Shown piece after piece: positions 16,466-26,035 of a stretch of 31,906 nt of DNA. This DNA is from a virus (Duplodnaviria; Caudoviricetes). The notes under the pieces are model-generated. The model saw nothing but the letters and a program-made list of their open reading frames with translations. It searched no databases and was not told the DNA's origin. Positions within the stretch are counted from its first letter, which is position 1; each line of letters starts with the position of its first letter. The DNA is taken from the IMG/VR virus record IMGVR_UViG_3300005805_007730, positions 1 to 31,906 of that record; one strand, written 5' to 3'. The translations under genes and the position numbers were made by a program.

Positions 16466-19400
16466 ATGAAAAAAGCGATTTTATCGTTAATTCTTTCTGT
16501 GTCTGCTTTGGTAGGATTCGGTCAAGTTACCTCGTCCACCATTTCAGGTGTAGTCAAGAATGAAAAGCAGGAAGTATTAGCTGGAACTACGATTCACGCT
16601 ATTCACGTTCCATCAGGTACTCAGTACAAGACAGTGACAAACAAAATGGGAGTGTACGTTTTACCCGCTGTAAGAGTGGGAGGTCCTTACACTATCCACG
16701 CAACTTTTGTAGGATACAAAATGGGCGAAATCAAAGAAGTTAATACACAATTAGGTGTAACTTCAAACGTAGATTTCTCTCTAATAGACGAGAAAACTGC
16801 TCTTAAAGAAGTAGTTGTAGTAGGAACCAGAAACAATCTTTTCTCTAAAGAAAAAACTGGAGCCTCTCAACAATTTACTAGAAGAGAATTACAATCTGTG
16901 CCAATTACAGGAGCTAGAACTATCGATGGTATTACAAAATATAATCCATTCGGTAATGGTAACTCTTTTGGAGCACAAGATTCTCGTTTGAATAACTTCA
17001 CAATTGATGGTTCTCAATTTAATAACAACTTCGGTTTAGGATCTTCTGCGCAAGCGGGCGGTAGAACTGGAGCGAGCGCTATTTCATTGGATGCAATCGA
17101 TCAATTACAAGTTAACGTTGCACCATTCGATATTCGCCAATCAGGATTTACAGGCGCTGGTATTAATGCTGTAACAAGATCAGGTACAAACGAAGTTGAA
17201 GGATCGGTTTATCAAACGCAAAGAGATAATAGTTCTACTTACGTTGGTAACAATGCAAGAGGTACAAAAATTACTCCTGCTAAATTCGATGAAAAAGTAC
17301 AAGGTTTCCGTTTGGGCGCACCAATCATTAAGAACAAATTGTTTATTTTTGGTAACTATGAATCAATAGAAAGAACAGAACCAGGAACAACTTGGATTTC
17401 TACTGGTTCTCCATTAGCTGGCTCTCAAGTATCAAGACCAACTTTCCAACAATTAACTGACCTTTCTAAATTTATGAAAGAGAAGTTTAATTATGAAACA
17501 GGCCCATTTGAAGGATATTCTAATACAAATACTTCTAATAAATTTTTAGTACGTGTTGATTGGAATATTAATGATAAAAATAAATTGACAGCTCGCTATG
17601 TACATCATAACTCAGAAGCTCAAATTAATATTTCAAACTCTCAATCTGCAGGTTTCGGTAATAGAACTCAGAACATCAATGCGATGAGTTTCCAAAATAG
17701 TGGTTATACTATTCAAGATAATACTCGTTCAGCAGTATTAGAATTGAACTCTAAGTTTTCAAATACGTTGCACAATAACTTAATCGTTTCTTACGATAAG
17801 CAAATTGAGAATAGAGGCTATATGTCTCAAATGTTTCCAACTATTGATATCTTACAAGGTTCAACCACATTAACTTCTGTAGGATTCGATCCTTTTACTC
17901 CAGGAAATAAATTGGATTATAATACTTTTAACGTAACTAATAACTTAACTAAGTACGCAGGAAAGCATACATTAGTTGGAGGTTTTAACTTTCAGAAGTA
18001 TCAATCTAATAACTTATTCTTCCCAGCATCTAATGGAGTTTATATCTTCAATAGCTTAGCCGACTTTTATGTTGCAGCTAATCAATCATTAGCTAGCGGC
18101 GGAGCTCCATCTACATTTGCACCAGCGAGATTTCAATTTAGATATTCTGCCCTACCAGGCGCAATTGAACCAATGCAAACTTTAAAATCAAATAGATTAG
18201 ACTTGTACTTACAAGATGAGTATAACGCAACTAGAGATTTAAAGTTAACATTCGGTATTAGAGCAAACGTTATTGGTTTTGAAAATACAGCTTTAGAAAA
18301 TCCTGCTGTAACTGCAATGACATTTGCAAACGGTGAAAAGTGGAATACAGGTGTAATGCCTAAAACACAAGTTTTATTTGAACCAAGATTAGGTTTCAAC
18401 TACGATTTGAAAGGAGAAAAGAAAACTCAATTTAGAGGTGGTACTGGTGTATTCACAGGTAGACCTCCTTATGTATTCTTATCTAACCAAATTGGTAACA
18501 ATGGAGTGTTGACAGGATTTATCGATGTAAGTGGTGCTGCAGCTTCTAAATATGGTTTTACTGCAGACCCTAACAAATATTTTATTCCTTCAACTCCGAC
18601 TTTACCTTCAACATTTGATTTAGCATTAACAGATCCTAACTACAAATTTCCTCAAGTCTGGAAAACAAATTTGGCCGTAGACCAAAAGTTACCATTCTTA
18701 GGATTGGTAGCAACGGCTGAATATTTGTATAATAAAACTTTAAATGCGGTTCACTACTACGAAGCCAACTTAAGAGCGCCTGTAGGAACTTTAGGCGGAG
18801 TGGATAATAGACCTCGTTTTGGTGGTACTGACGCAACTGTAAGAGTAAATAATAACGTGAGTAGAGCGGCAGTTCTTACAAACAGAAACGGAGCTTTCCA
18901 TGAATCATTGACTTTAAAATTAGAAAAGCCTTATCAGAAAGGTTTATGGGGATCATTTGCTTGGACAACTGCCAACTCAAAAGATTTTATGAGTGCGGGT
19001 TCAATCGCTAGTGGTTCTTGGCAATCAGCGTTATCAGTTGCTGGTAACAACGAATTAGGATTATCATTCGCAGACGCATTTGTTAAAAACAGATTCGTAG
19101 GTTTATTGGGTTATAGAATTGAATATGGTTCTAAATACGGCGGAGCTACTACAATCACATTAGGTTATGTAGGTCAGCAAGGCAATCCTTTCTCTTATAT
19201 CGCAGCAGGCGATTTGAATGGAGATAGAGTAAACAATAATGATTTAATCTTCGTTCCAAATAAAGGATCAGATATTAGATTTTCTCCTTTGACAGTTGGA
19301 ACTAGAGTTTACACAGAAGCTGAGCAACAAGAAGCATTTGATAAGTTTATTGAACAAGACGAGTACTTATCAACTCGCAGAGGTCAATATGCAGAAAGAA

Positions 19401-19741
19401 ACGGTGGTTTATTACCGTACTTGCACAGATTTGACTTATCAGTAGCTCAAGACATTTTTGTTAAGATTGGTGGAAAGAGAAATGCTTTCCAAATCAGAGC
19501 AGATATTTTGAACTTTGGTAATATGGTCGACAGCGAATTTGGAGTATCTCAAAGAGCAACAGCTCCTCAAATATTAAACTTTGTAAGTAGAGATGCTAAT
19601 AACGTTCCAACATTTAGATTGGCAACTCAAAGATTGACTGACGGTTCTACTATTTTAGCTAGAGACTCTTATCAGTACAATTCTTCAGTATTTGATGTGT
19701 GGTCAGCACAATTGGGTATTAGATACATTTTTGGTAGATAA
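16466..19741 (+). CDS. Oar-like TonB-dependent outer-membrane receptor with carboxypeptidase-regulatory-like N domain
   Basis: Signal peptide, ISGVVK..G.TI..IH.PSGT, LKEVVV TonB-box-like, NNFTIDG, FTGAGINAVTRSGTN plug motif, C-terminal LGIRYIF strand. Confidence 0.92.
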   Translation: MKKAILSLILSVSALVGFGQVTSSTISGVVKNEKQEVLAGTTIHAIHVPSGTQYKTVTNKMGVYVLPAVRVGGPYTIHATFVGYKMGEIKEVNTQLGVTSNVDFSLIDEKTALKEVVVVGTRNNLFSKEKTGASQQFTRRELQSVPITGARTIDGITKYNPFGNGNSFGAQDSRLNNFTIDGSQFNNNFGLGSSAQAGGRTGASAISLDAIDQLQVNVAPFDIRQSGFTGAGINAVTRSGTNEVEGSVYQTQRDNSSTYVGNNARGTKITPAKFDEKVQGFRLGAPIIKNKLFIFGNYESIERTEPGTTWISTGSPLAGSQVSRPTFQQLTDLSKFMKEKFNYETGPFEGYSNTNTSNKFLVRVDWNINDKNKLTARYVHHNSEAQINISNSQSAGFGNRTQNINAMSFQNSGYTIQDNTRSAVLELNSKFSNTLHNNLIVSYDKQIENRGYMSQMFPTIDILQGSTTLTSVGFDPFTPGNKLDYNTFNVTNNLTKYAGKHTLVGGFNFQKYQSNNLFFPASNGVYIFNSLADFYVAANQSLASGGAPSTFAPARFQFRYSALPGAIEPMQTLKSNRLDLYLQDEYNATRDLKLTFGIRANVIGFENTALENPAVTAMTFANGEKWNTGVMPKTQVLFEPRLGFNYDLKGEKKTQFRGGTGVFTGRPPYVFLSNQIGNNGVLTGFIDVSGAAASKYGFTADPNKYFIPSTPTLPSTFDLALTDPNYKFPQVWKTNLAVDQKLPFLGLVATAEYLYNKTLNAVHYYEANLRAPVGTLGGVDNRPRFGGTDATVRVNNNVSRAAVLTNRNGAFHESLTLKLEKPYQKGLWGSFAWTTANSKDFMSAGSIASGSWQSALSVAGNNELGLSFADAFVKNRFVGLLGYRIEYGSKYGGATTITLGYVGQQGNPFSYIAAGDLNGDRVNNNDLIFVPNKGSDIRFSPLTVGTRVYTEAEQQEAFDKFIEQDEYLSTRRGQYAERNGGLLPYLHRFDLSVAQDIFVKIGGKRNAFQIRADILNFGNMVDSEFGVSQRATAPQILNFVSRDANNVPTFRLATQRLTDGSTILARDSYQYNSSVFDVWSAQLGIRYIFGR

Positions 19742-19762
19742 TATCTTTTAGCATAAATTTAA

Positions 19763-19793
19763 AGAGTGGAGGTCAAAAGCCTCCACTTTTTTT
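19763..19793 (+). terminator. intrinsic terminator
   Basis: AGAGTGGAGG...CCTCCACTTT stem with T-run after TonB receptor. Confidence 0.85.
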
Positions 19794-19799
19794 GTGTCT

Positions 19800-19807
19800 A
19801 TATTTAT
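19800..19807 (+). promoter_or_regulatory. ATATTTAT motif, putative phage promoter
   Basis: Directly after terminator, 4 nt before ATG 19812. Confidence 0.5.
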
Positions 19808-19811
19808 ATGC

Positions 19812-20447
19812 ATGAAACAAATGCTATTTTTTATCTGTTTACTATTTGCATTAACTGTAAATAGTCAGGACACGGTTAGAATTCACCATAAGGAATTCAC
19901 TACTGTTTACTCAAAATCAAAGAAATATCCAGTATTGGTAGAATGGTATGTAACAAAAGCCAAAGTTGGATGTCCTACTCCATTGGTAAGAAAAGACCAA
20001 TTCGCACCAGATCCTCAAATTAAAGAAGAATCAGACATAGCGAAAGATTATGTTGGTTCAGGAACTGATCGTGGCCATATGAGCCCTGCAGCTGATAATT
20101 TATGTTCAGGCGCTGAGGTACAGAAGGAGTGTTTCTACTTTACAAATATGTCTCCTCAATACCACAGTTTAAATGCTGGGGATTGGAAATCACTTGAAAC
20201 TTTGACTAGAAGTTTAGCTTTACAATATGATAGTGTTCATGTATGGGCAGGTAATATAGGAGAAGCCAAAAAAATTGGTAGAGTTTCTGTTCCTACTATT
20301 TGTTGGAAAGTGATCTATATTAAGAAGAGCAAAGAATACATGGCCTATATATTCGACAATAACTCTAGTAAACCAGATGGCCTTAACAACAACAAAGTCA
20401 CTTTAGAAGACGTACAAAAGTTAACTCACTTCAAATTTAAAGATTAA
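19812..20447 (+). CDS. secreted DNA/RNA non-specific endonuclease (NucA/Serratia family)
   Basis: Signal peptide; DY.GSG.DRGH.SPAAD, FYFTNMSPQ..SLNAG.WK.LE, VSVP...WKVI; ATG 19812 preferred. Confidence 0.9.
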   Translation: MKQMLFFICLLFALTVNSQDTVRIHHKEFTTVYSKSKKYPVLVEWYVTKAKVGCPTPLVRKDQFAPDPQIKEESDIAKDYVGSGTDRGHMSPAADNLCSGAEVQKECFYFTNMSPQYHSLNAGDWKSLETLTRSLALQYDSVHVWAGNIGEAKKIGRVSVPTICWKVIYIKKSKEYMAYIFDNNSSKPDGLNNNKVTLEDVQKLTHFKFKD

Positions 20448-20477
20448 AAATTCTGAGGAAAAGGTTATATTAGTGTT

Positions 20478-20771
20478 ATGAAAAAGGAAGCAGAATTTCA
20501 CATGGGAGGTGGGCAGCATTTGACCATGAAAACTACCTATACTGTTGAGATGAAAGACAAGTTGCGAGTTTTAACTGGAGACGGAAAAGGTCTAGATTTG
20601 GACGTTAGTATCACCGCAGATTTTGAAAAAATACCAAAAGAGCACCACTTGTTATTCATGAGAATGATGATGGTAAGATACGGAGGAATAGTGAACATAT
20701 ACGATAATACTAATCCATTTGAAGATCCACAGAGCCCAAAAAAACCCTGGTACAAATTTTGGAAAAAATAA
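20478..20771 (+). CDS. hypothetical protein
   Basis: 97-aa ORF ending KKPWYKFWKK. Confidence 0.65.
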   Translation: MKKEAEFHMGGGQHLTMKTTYTVEMKDKLRVLTGDGKGLDLDVSITADFEKIPKEHHLLFMRMMMVRYGGIVNIYDNTNPFEDPQSPKKPWYKFWKK

Positions 20772-20786
20772 TTAAAAATTAACAAT

Positions 20787-21047
20787 ATGAAAAAAGTTTT
20801 ATACTTCTCAACAGCATGGTGCGGACCTTGTAAGATGTTCAAACCAGTAGTTCAACAAGTTTCACAAGAAACAGGAATTCCAGTTACGTATATAGACGCG
20901 GATCAAGATCAAGAGACGGCAAAAAAGTACAATATCAATTCGGTTCCTACTATCGTAATAGTTGACGCAACGGGAGGTATGTTATACAGAAATGCTGGTG
21001 TCATGCCAAAAGGTCAATTATCTCAATTATTGAGAACTATAGGCTAG
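20787..21047 (+). CDS. trxA: thioredoxin
   Basis: WCGPC active site, SVPT cis-Pro loop. Confidence 0.92.
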   Translation: MKKVLYFSTAWCGPCKMFKPVVQQVSQETGIPVTYIDADQDQETAKKYNINSVPTIVIVDATGGMLYRNAGVMPKGQLSQLLRTIG

Positions 21048-21053
21048 TTTCCT

Positions 21054-21061
21054 ATATTTAT
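21054..21061 (+). promoter_or_regulatory. ATATTTAT motif, putative phage promoter
   Basis: Recurrent motif at head of secreted-protein cluster. Confidence 0.5.
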
Positions 21062-21102
21062 TTACGAATGGTTTTTAAGTAGTTTCGCTTTAAAGCCATT
21101 AT

Positions 21103-21588
21103 ATGCGATATACACTACTATTATTATTACTAAGTCCTCTGTTTGTTTTATCTCAAGACTTAAACAGTAAGTTTTCCGTAAACACTGTTAAAAACAGCGT
21201 AAGAATGGGCCCAATGACTGGGAATGCCAATCTTACTATGGGTGTTAAAAATATAATTCAAGAGGTTTTACAAGATAAAGGTTATTCCCTCGTTAACAAA
21301 GAAGAGGCTGATTTTTTTGTTGAAGTGGAGATAGTTTACATGGACCAGCAAAAAACTGCTACCAATGTATCTATATTTCACAAAGATGAAAACACTGTGG
21401 TTATTAGAATGCTTGGTAAGTTAATAAACAAGTCAGGCAAAGTTGTTAAAAAGGAGTTGGTAACTGACGAATCTTCTGAAATATCTACATCAACATTATT
21501 GATTTCAGAGAATGGAGAGTTTAACTCAACCGTTATGAGAAACGCACTAAAAAAGACATGCGTTCAGGTTGTGAATAAACTACTCTAA
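21103..21588 (+). CDS. secreted protein, possible CsgG/TolB-N-like alpha/beta fold
   Basis: Signal peptide; GVKNIIQEVLQDKGY helix, beta strands and terminal ALKK helix, parallel to the 26359 protein; fold is inference. Confidence 0.55.
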   Translation: MRYTLLLLLLSPLFVLSQDLNSKFSVNTVKNSVRMGPMTGNANLTMGVKNIIQEVLQDKGYSLVNKEEADFFVEVEIVYMDQQKTATNVSIFHKDENTVVIRMLGKLINKSGKVVKKELVTDESSEISTSTLLISENGEFNSTVMRNALKKTCVQVVNKLL

Positions 21589-21591
21589 ACT

Positions 21592-23724
21592 ATGAAAAAA
21601 ATCTTATTGTTTTTAGGGATGATTATATCCCTATCTTCTTTTGCTCAAATCAAATTCAGAGCACTATCCTCAGTAGGAGGTGCCACTCTTGATAGAGGAG
21701 GCACATTCGAATATATCGTTCAAGCTAACGGTAACGGTAACAACACAACTCGTCAAATTTTGGTTGATATGCAATACGATCAAACAAATTTTGAGTTAGT
21801 ATCAGTTAATCACACAGGAACTGGTGGTAATGGAGGTATATTACCTCAAGGATCTACAATTTCTCTATCTCATACAAACTATCCAAATTACACGTGGAAT
21901 GCAGTAACTTCAGGTAATAGCGCCAATAATACAACTAATGGTACAACGAATTACCAATACGCAAGTTATACCTACAATGGAGTTGGTGGAGCTAATGCTA
22001 TATTAAGAACTACTTTGACTTGGTCTACAACTAATGGTATGCCTTACTCTAGTTATGATAGATTAATCGTTTATGTATTTAGATTAAAGGCATCTTCTAC
22101 TGCGTACACATTCAATCCAATCAAATTAAACTTTGTTGCTGGTTGGAAAGCTGATGGAACTCAAGATGCGACCATAATGGAATCTCCTTTATCAACTGCT
22201 GTTACAATGAACCAAAACTTTGGTAAATTCGTTAGCGCTAAGGTTGATTTAAACTCCAATCTATATAATCTTTCATCATTGAAAGTATCATTTAGAGATA
22301 CGTTAACAAATCAGGGACAATTGTTCTCAGTATTATCAGATGGAACTGTCGACATCAATCAGTCTTTGTTAACTGCTAATACAGTATATGATGTAAGTCT
22401 GATGCACGATATGGATAAGATATACGATATTTACAACGGAGCCATAACTATATCAGATTTTACTACAGCTCAAGGAGAATTTACTTCTATGGGTTTAATT
22501 TCAGGCGGTAAGGGTGTTAACTTAAATACTGGACAATCTCTATACGCAGCGGATATTAATAAAAATAAAGTTATAGATGGAGGAGATTTACCTAGATTGT
22601 TGGGTCAAGTTGCTGGAAAAGATACTTTAATGACATTACCTACTGGATATACAGTGGGTAATGGCGGTTGGATGAGTCTACCTACTTGGAGAGCAGCTGA
22701 TGCTACTACAACCTGGGGTCAAGTAGAATGGGCGTATGTTTCTCCAAACAGTTATTCTAATGGAGTAAGTGCTTTAAGAATAGACATGAGAGAATTTCCT
22801 GCAGGAACAACTCCAAATCAAATCAAAAGCATTCAGTTATTTGACGTTTATACTGGACCTATAGAATATGTAAGTGAAGATGCTGCTTGGGCTTTATATA
22901 AAGTGCCTTCTTCTTTTACTAAAGCAACAGATGGCAGTTCAGTATACGCTGCATACATAAGACAAAATCAAACAGACTATAATTTTAGAGCAGAATTTGA
23001 ATTCAATACGTCAGTTAATAATTCTTGGGGAGCTATCACAACAACCAACTGGAATACTATAACATATCCTAAGACATATTTTAAAACTGGCGCATTAGGT
23101 GCTAACGCGATATTAGATTTAAAATATCTTTTATGGGGAGATGTAAATAGATCTCACTCATCTCAAGTGGTAACAACTAGTGGTGGTTCTAGTACAGTTC
23201 AAACAAACGCTATTCCTAGTTTACAAATGAATATAGCGTTTAATGAAGTAACTCAAAAGATGTCAATGGCGAGTACAGGACCTTATATTAATACTGACTT
23301 CGCTTATACTTCAATAGATGTTAATTTAGCTAATCAGACAGTGACTTCTAATACAATAGAAATCCCAGTTAATATAGATACCAAAGGTAACAGTGTAGGA
23401 GGTTTACAACTTGAATTTATATATGATCCTAATAAGATTAAGTTTGAAGAATTAGCTTCAACTCTTCCAAATTCATGGTATGTATTTGCAAATGCTAAAA
23501 ATGGAGTAGTTAAATTTGGAGCTTTAGATCAAAATAATTCTACTCCTATTAAAGGTACTTCAACTCCATTTAAATTAAAGTTCTCAACAATTGGAGATGG
23601 AGTAGATGTTATTACTTCACTAAAAGTATCTCAAACAATGGATGCTAGTGATAATAAAGGAAATCAATTGGGTGTAGTTTTGAATATGACTAACATTAAA
23701 TTAACAGGATATAACAACTTCTAA
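21592..23724 (+). CDS. secreted protein with cohesin-like domains and dockerin/EF-hand-like motifs
   Basis: Signal peptide; MQYDQTNFEL and IEIPVNI...GGLQLEFIYDPNKIKF cohesin-like patterns; ADINKNKVIDGGD and WGDVN Ca-binding-like loops. Confidence 0.65.
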   Translation: MKKILLFLGMIISLSSFAQIKFRALSSVGGATLDRGGTFEYIVQANGNGNNTTRQILVDMQYDQTNFELVSVNHTGTGGNGGILPQGSTISLSHTNYPNYTWNAVTSGNSANNTTNGTTNYQYASYTYNGVGGANAILRTTLTWSTTNGMPYSSYDRLIVYVFRLKASSTAYTFNPIKLNFVAGWKADGTQDATIMESPLSTAVTMNQNFGKFVSAKVDLNSNLYNLSSLKVSFRDTLTNQGQLFSVLSDGTVDINQSLLTANTVYDVSLMHDMDKIYDIYNGAITISDFTTAQGEFTSMGLISGGKGVNLNTGQSLYAADINKNKVIDGGDLPRLLGQVAGKDTLMTLPTGYTVGNGGWMSLPTWRAADATTTWGQVEWAYVSPNSYSNGVSALRIDMREFPAGTTPNQIKSIQLFDVYTGPIEYVSEDAAWALYKVPSSFTKATDGSSVYAAYIRQNQTDYNFRAEFEFNTSVNNSWGAITTTNWNTITYPKTYFKTGALGANAILDLKYLLWGDVNRSHSSQVVTTSGGSSTVQTNAIPSLQMNIAFNEVTQKMSMASTGPYINTDFAYTSIDVNLANQTVTSNTIEIPVNIDTKGNSVGGLQLEFIYDPNKIKFEELASTLPNSWYVFANAKNGVVKFGALDQNNSTPIKGTSTPFKLKFSTIGDGVDVITSLKVSQTMDASDNKGNQLGVVLNMTNIKLTGYNNF

Positions 23725-23725
23725 T

Positions 23726-24079
23726 ATGAAAAAAATAATTTTAATATCTGTTTTATTTTTAGCGGCTTGTACGAAAATAGACGTGCCAGCTCCAAGACCT
23801 ATAGATTTAGGAGTGACTTCAACTGCTACTTCTATAAAATCTATATATCAAAATGGAAATACTGTAACAGCTGAATTTGAAACCACCGTTGGTTCAAAGT
23901 ACTCTGTTCAAATAGTTCCTTTTGGATCAGAAGAGCCAGTTAGAAAGGAAGGTTTTACTGCAACTGAGCTTGTAACTAAAAAAGTTTATGATCTTTCGGG
24001 CCTAGCGAAGAAGGACTACGATTTGATATTTATAGATATCAGTGGAAAAGAAGTAAAATATCCATTAATTATAAAATAA
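23726..24079 (+). CDS. hypothetical lipoprotein
   Basis: LAAC lipobox; beta-rich mature domain. Confidence 0.75.
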   Translation: MKKIILISVLFLAACTKIDVPAPRPIDLGVTSTATSIKSIYQNGNTVTAEFETTVGSKYSVQIVPFGSEEPVRKEGFTATELVTKKVYDLSGLAKKDYDLIFIDISGKEVKYPLIIK

Positions 24080-24085
24080 CATAAT

Positions 24086-24394
24086 ATGTCAGAAGAAGTA
24101 GAACAAGAATCAACAGGTAAGTCCTTCAAAGGAATTATCATTACATTGGTAAGCACCGTTACTTTAGGAGTAGGTGGTTTTATCACAAACAAATTAACAG
24201 GAGGCGGAGATGAAGCTGCAGCTCCAGTACAACAAGCGGCTCCGGTAATTAACATCAACAACACTCAGCAACAGAGCAATAGTGGTGGAGGTAAAACTGT
24301 AATCATTAAAGAAAAAGAAACAGTTAAAGAGAAACCAGCTCCAGTTAAGAAAAAAGAGGGTGATGAATTTAAAGAGAAGCCAGCAGCTTGGTAA
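24086..24394 (+). CDS. hypothetical single-TM protein
   Basis: One hydrophobic segment then low-complexity tail. Confidence 0.7.
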   Translation: MSEEVEQESTGKSFKGIIITLVSTVTLGVGGFITNKLTGGGDEAAAPVQQAAPVININNTQQQSNSGGGKTVIIKEKETVKEKPAPVKKKEGDEFKEKPAAW

Positions 24395-24421
24395 TTTATA
24401 AACTATAAAAAATAAAGAATA

Positions 24422-25042
24422 ATGGCTCAAGAGCAACAAAGCAATTCTAAGTTTGCGGACTTACTAAGAGATATAATGAACAAGAGATGGTATATAACTG
24501 CCATGGTTTTGGGTTTATTTATCTTAATTACGGCTGGTATATTCGTAGCGATTCTAATTCAAGCTCCAATGGCGGCAGCGTGGAAAGAATTGTTAATGTT
24601 ATTATTGGGTGCCTTTATTGGTAGCTACGGTAAGATTATTGACTACTACTACTCTGATTCTGATAAAGATAAAATGTTGGTTCAAAAAGCTGACGAAGAA
24701 GATGGAGTTTCAATGTCTCACACAAACGACATGAAAGAAACAAATAAACCAGTTACTCCATTGATTCCAGACGCATTTATTGCAGGAGCTCAAGCGGCTA
24801 GAGAATTAGCGGTAGTTGAGAACAAACAAAATTACGATTTGACCAAAGACGAGCAAGAGCACAGACAAATATTAGAAATAGACGAGCAAGAGCACGAGCA
24901 AGAAATGGCTAAATTAAAACTAGAACACGAATTAAAAGCACATAGATATTGTCAACATGAATGGGGAGACTCAGACAATGATGGCGAATTAGAATGTCAA
25001 AAGTGTGGATTGTTAAAAGACTCTTGGGATGAATCCCACTAA
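24422..25042 (+). CDS. two-TM membrane protein with acidic tail and C-terminal Cys/His motif
   Basis: Two hydrophobic helices; CQHEWGDSDNDGELECQKC. Confidence 0.7.
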   Translation: MAQEQQSNSKFADLLRDIMNKRWYITAMVLGLFILITAGIFVAILIQAPMAAAWKELLMLLLGAFIGSYGKIIDYYYSDSDKDKMLVQKADEEDGVSMSHTNDMKETNKPVTPLIPDAFIAGAQAARELAVVENKQNYDLTKDEQEHRQILEIDEQEHEQEMAKLKLEHELKAHRYCQHEWGDSDNDGELECQKCGLLKDSWDESH

Positions 25043-25074
25043 TAAAGGTATTTTTTAACTAAAAACAGTTCATT

Positions 25075-25314
25075 ATGAATTTCAAACAGTGGTTAATTGA
25101 CCTTTTTAAAGACGAAAGAGGTGCAACATCTATCAAACCTGTTATCGCATTTGTTGGAGCATTGTTCCTTTGCGGTACGATGTTAGTAAACTCTTTCTCT
25201 CATGCGGACTTTGCGCCGTCTCCAGAATTGGTAAATGCAGTAATGATTATTACCGGTATTGGTATGGGAGCTGACACTATTGACAAGTTCTCTGCGAAGA
25301 AAAAAGAATCTTAA
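25075..25314 (+). CDS. small two-TM protein, holin-like
   Basis: 79 aa, two hydrophobic segments, basic C-terminus; holin role is inference. Confidence 0.55.
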   Translation: MNFKQWLIDLFKDERGATSIKPVIAFVGALFLCGTMLVNSFSHADFAPSPELVNAVMIITGIGMGADTIDKFSAKKKES

Positions 25315-25318
25315 TTAA

Positions 25319-25340
25319 AAAAGGGCCGAAAGGCCCTTTT
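25319..25340 (+). terminator. intrinsic terminator (possibly bidirectional)
   Basis: AAAAGGGCC-GAAA-GGCCCTTTT. Confidence 0.85.
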
Positions 25341-25355
25341 ATATAAAAAATGTAT

Positions 25356-25529
25356 ATGAATAAAGTAAAAGAAAAATTGTTTTTAGGTTTCGTAAAATTA
25401 GCTTTTGCATGGACAATATTCGCTCTATCATTTCAAGTTACTATGTTAACTTTAAGCGTAGTAAAACCTGAATTAGCGAAAAAAATAGGTAACGAACTGA
25501 CTTGGAAATTAGACGGAAGATTCAAATGA
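25356..25529 (+). CDS. small single-TM protein, 57 aa (not in ORF track)
   Basis: Own translation MNKVKEKLFLGFVKLAFAWTIFALSFQVTMLTLSVV...; TGA overlaps bS21 ATG (ATGA). Confidence 0.65.
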   Translation: MNKVKEKLFLGFVKLAFAWTIFALSFQVTMLTLSVVKPELAKKIGNELTWKLDGRFK

Positions 25530-25711
25530 TTATAGTAGACGTACAAAAGTGTAAGTCTATAGAACAGGCTTTGAAGACTTATAAACAGAAACATAACAAG
25601 ATCGGTATAGTCCAGGAATTGAGAGACAGGCAGACTTTTACAAAACCTTCTGTAAAAAGAAGAATGGAAGTATTAAACGCAAAATACTTAGAACAAAAAA
25701 GAATCAAATGA
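25526..25711 (+). CDS. rpsU: phage-encoded 30S ribosomal protein bS21
   Basis: MIIVDV...SIEQALKTYKQK...ELRDRQTFTKPSVKRR...AKY, 61 aa, Bacteroidota-type pattern; start at ATG 25526. Confidence 0.9.
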   Translation: MIIVDVQKCKSIEQALKTYKQKHNKIGIVQELRDRQTFTKPSVKRRMEVLNAKYLEQKRIK

Positions 25712-26034
25712 TAAAGTTAACGGATTTATTAAAAGAAGAATTAGTACAAGATAAAGCATTCGAAGAGTTTGCAGATAAAAGAATGGGAGGCGCTGAAAAG
25801 ATTGCTGACAACGCACATAAAAAAGGCGGAGTTTCAATGCTAACTTATCATCACTTCATAGTTAAGTTGCCTTACTATAAAAAAGCTAAAGAGGGAAAGT
25901 TAGATATCGACGAAGCTAAGAAAGAATTTGAAAAGACTTTAAAGAAGATTTCATTGGGTATGTCTCCAGTAGAATTTCAAAGAGAAGTAGGTCGCTTAGA
26001 AGTACTAGGCGAATTGATCATAAAAAATAAGTAA
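25708..26034 (+). CDS. hypothetical protein with MIKLxDLLxE N-terminus
   Basis: 108-aa ORF, ATGA overlap with rpsU. Confidence 0.7.
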   Translation: MIKLTDLLKEELVQDKAFEEFADKRMGGAEKIADNAHKKGGVSMLTYHHFIVKLPYYKKAKEGKLDIDEAKKEFEKTLKKISLGMSPVEFQREVGRLEVLGELIIKNK

Positions 26035-26035
26035 T

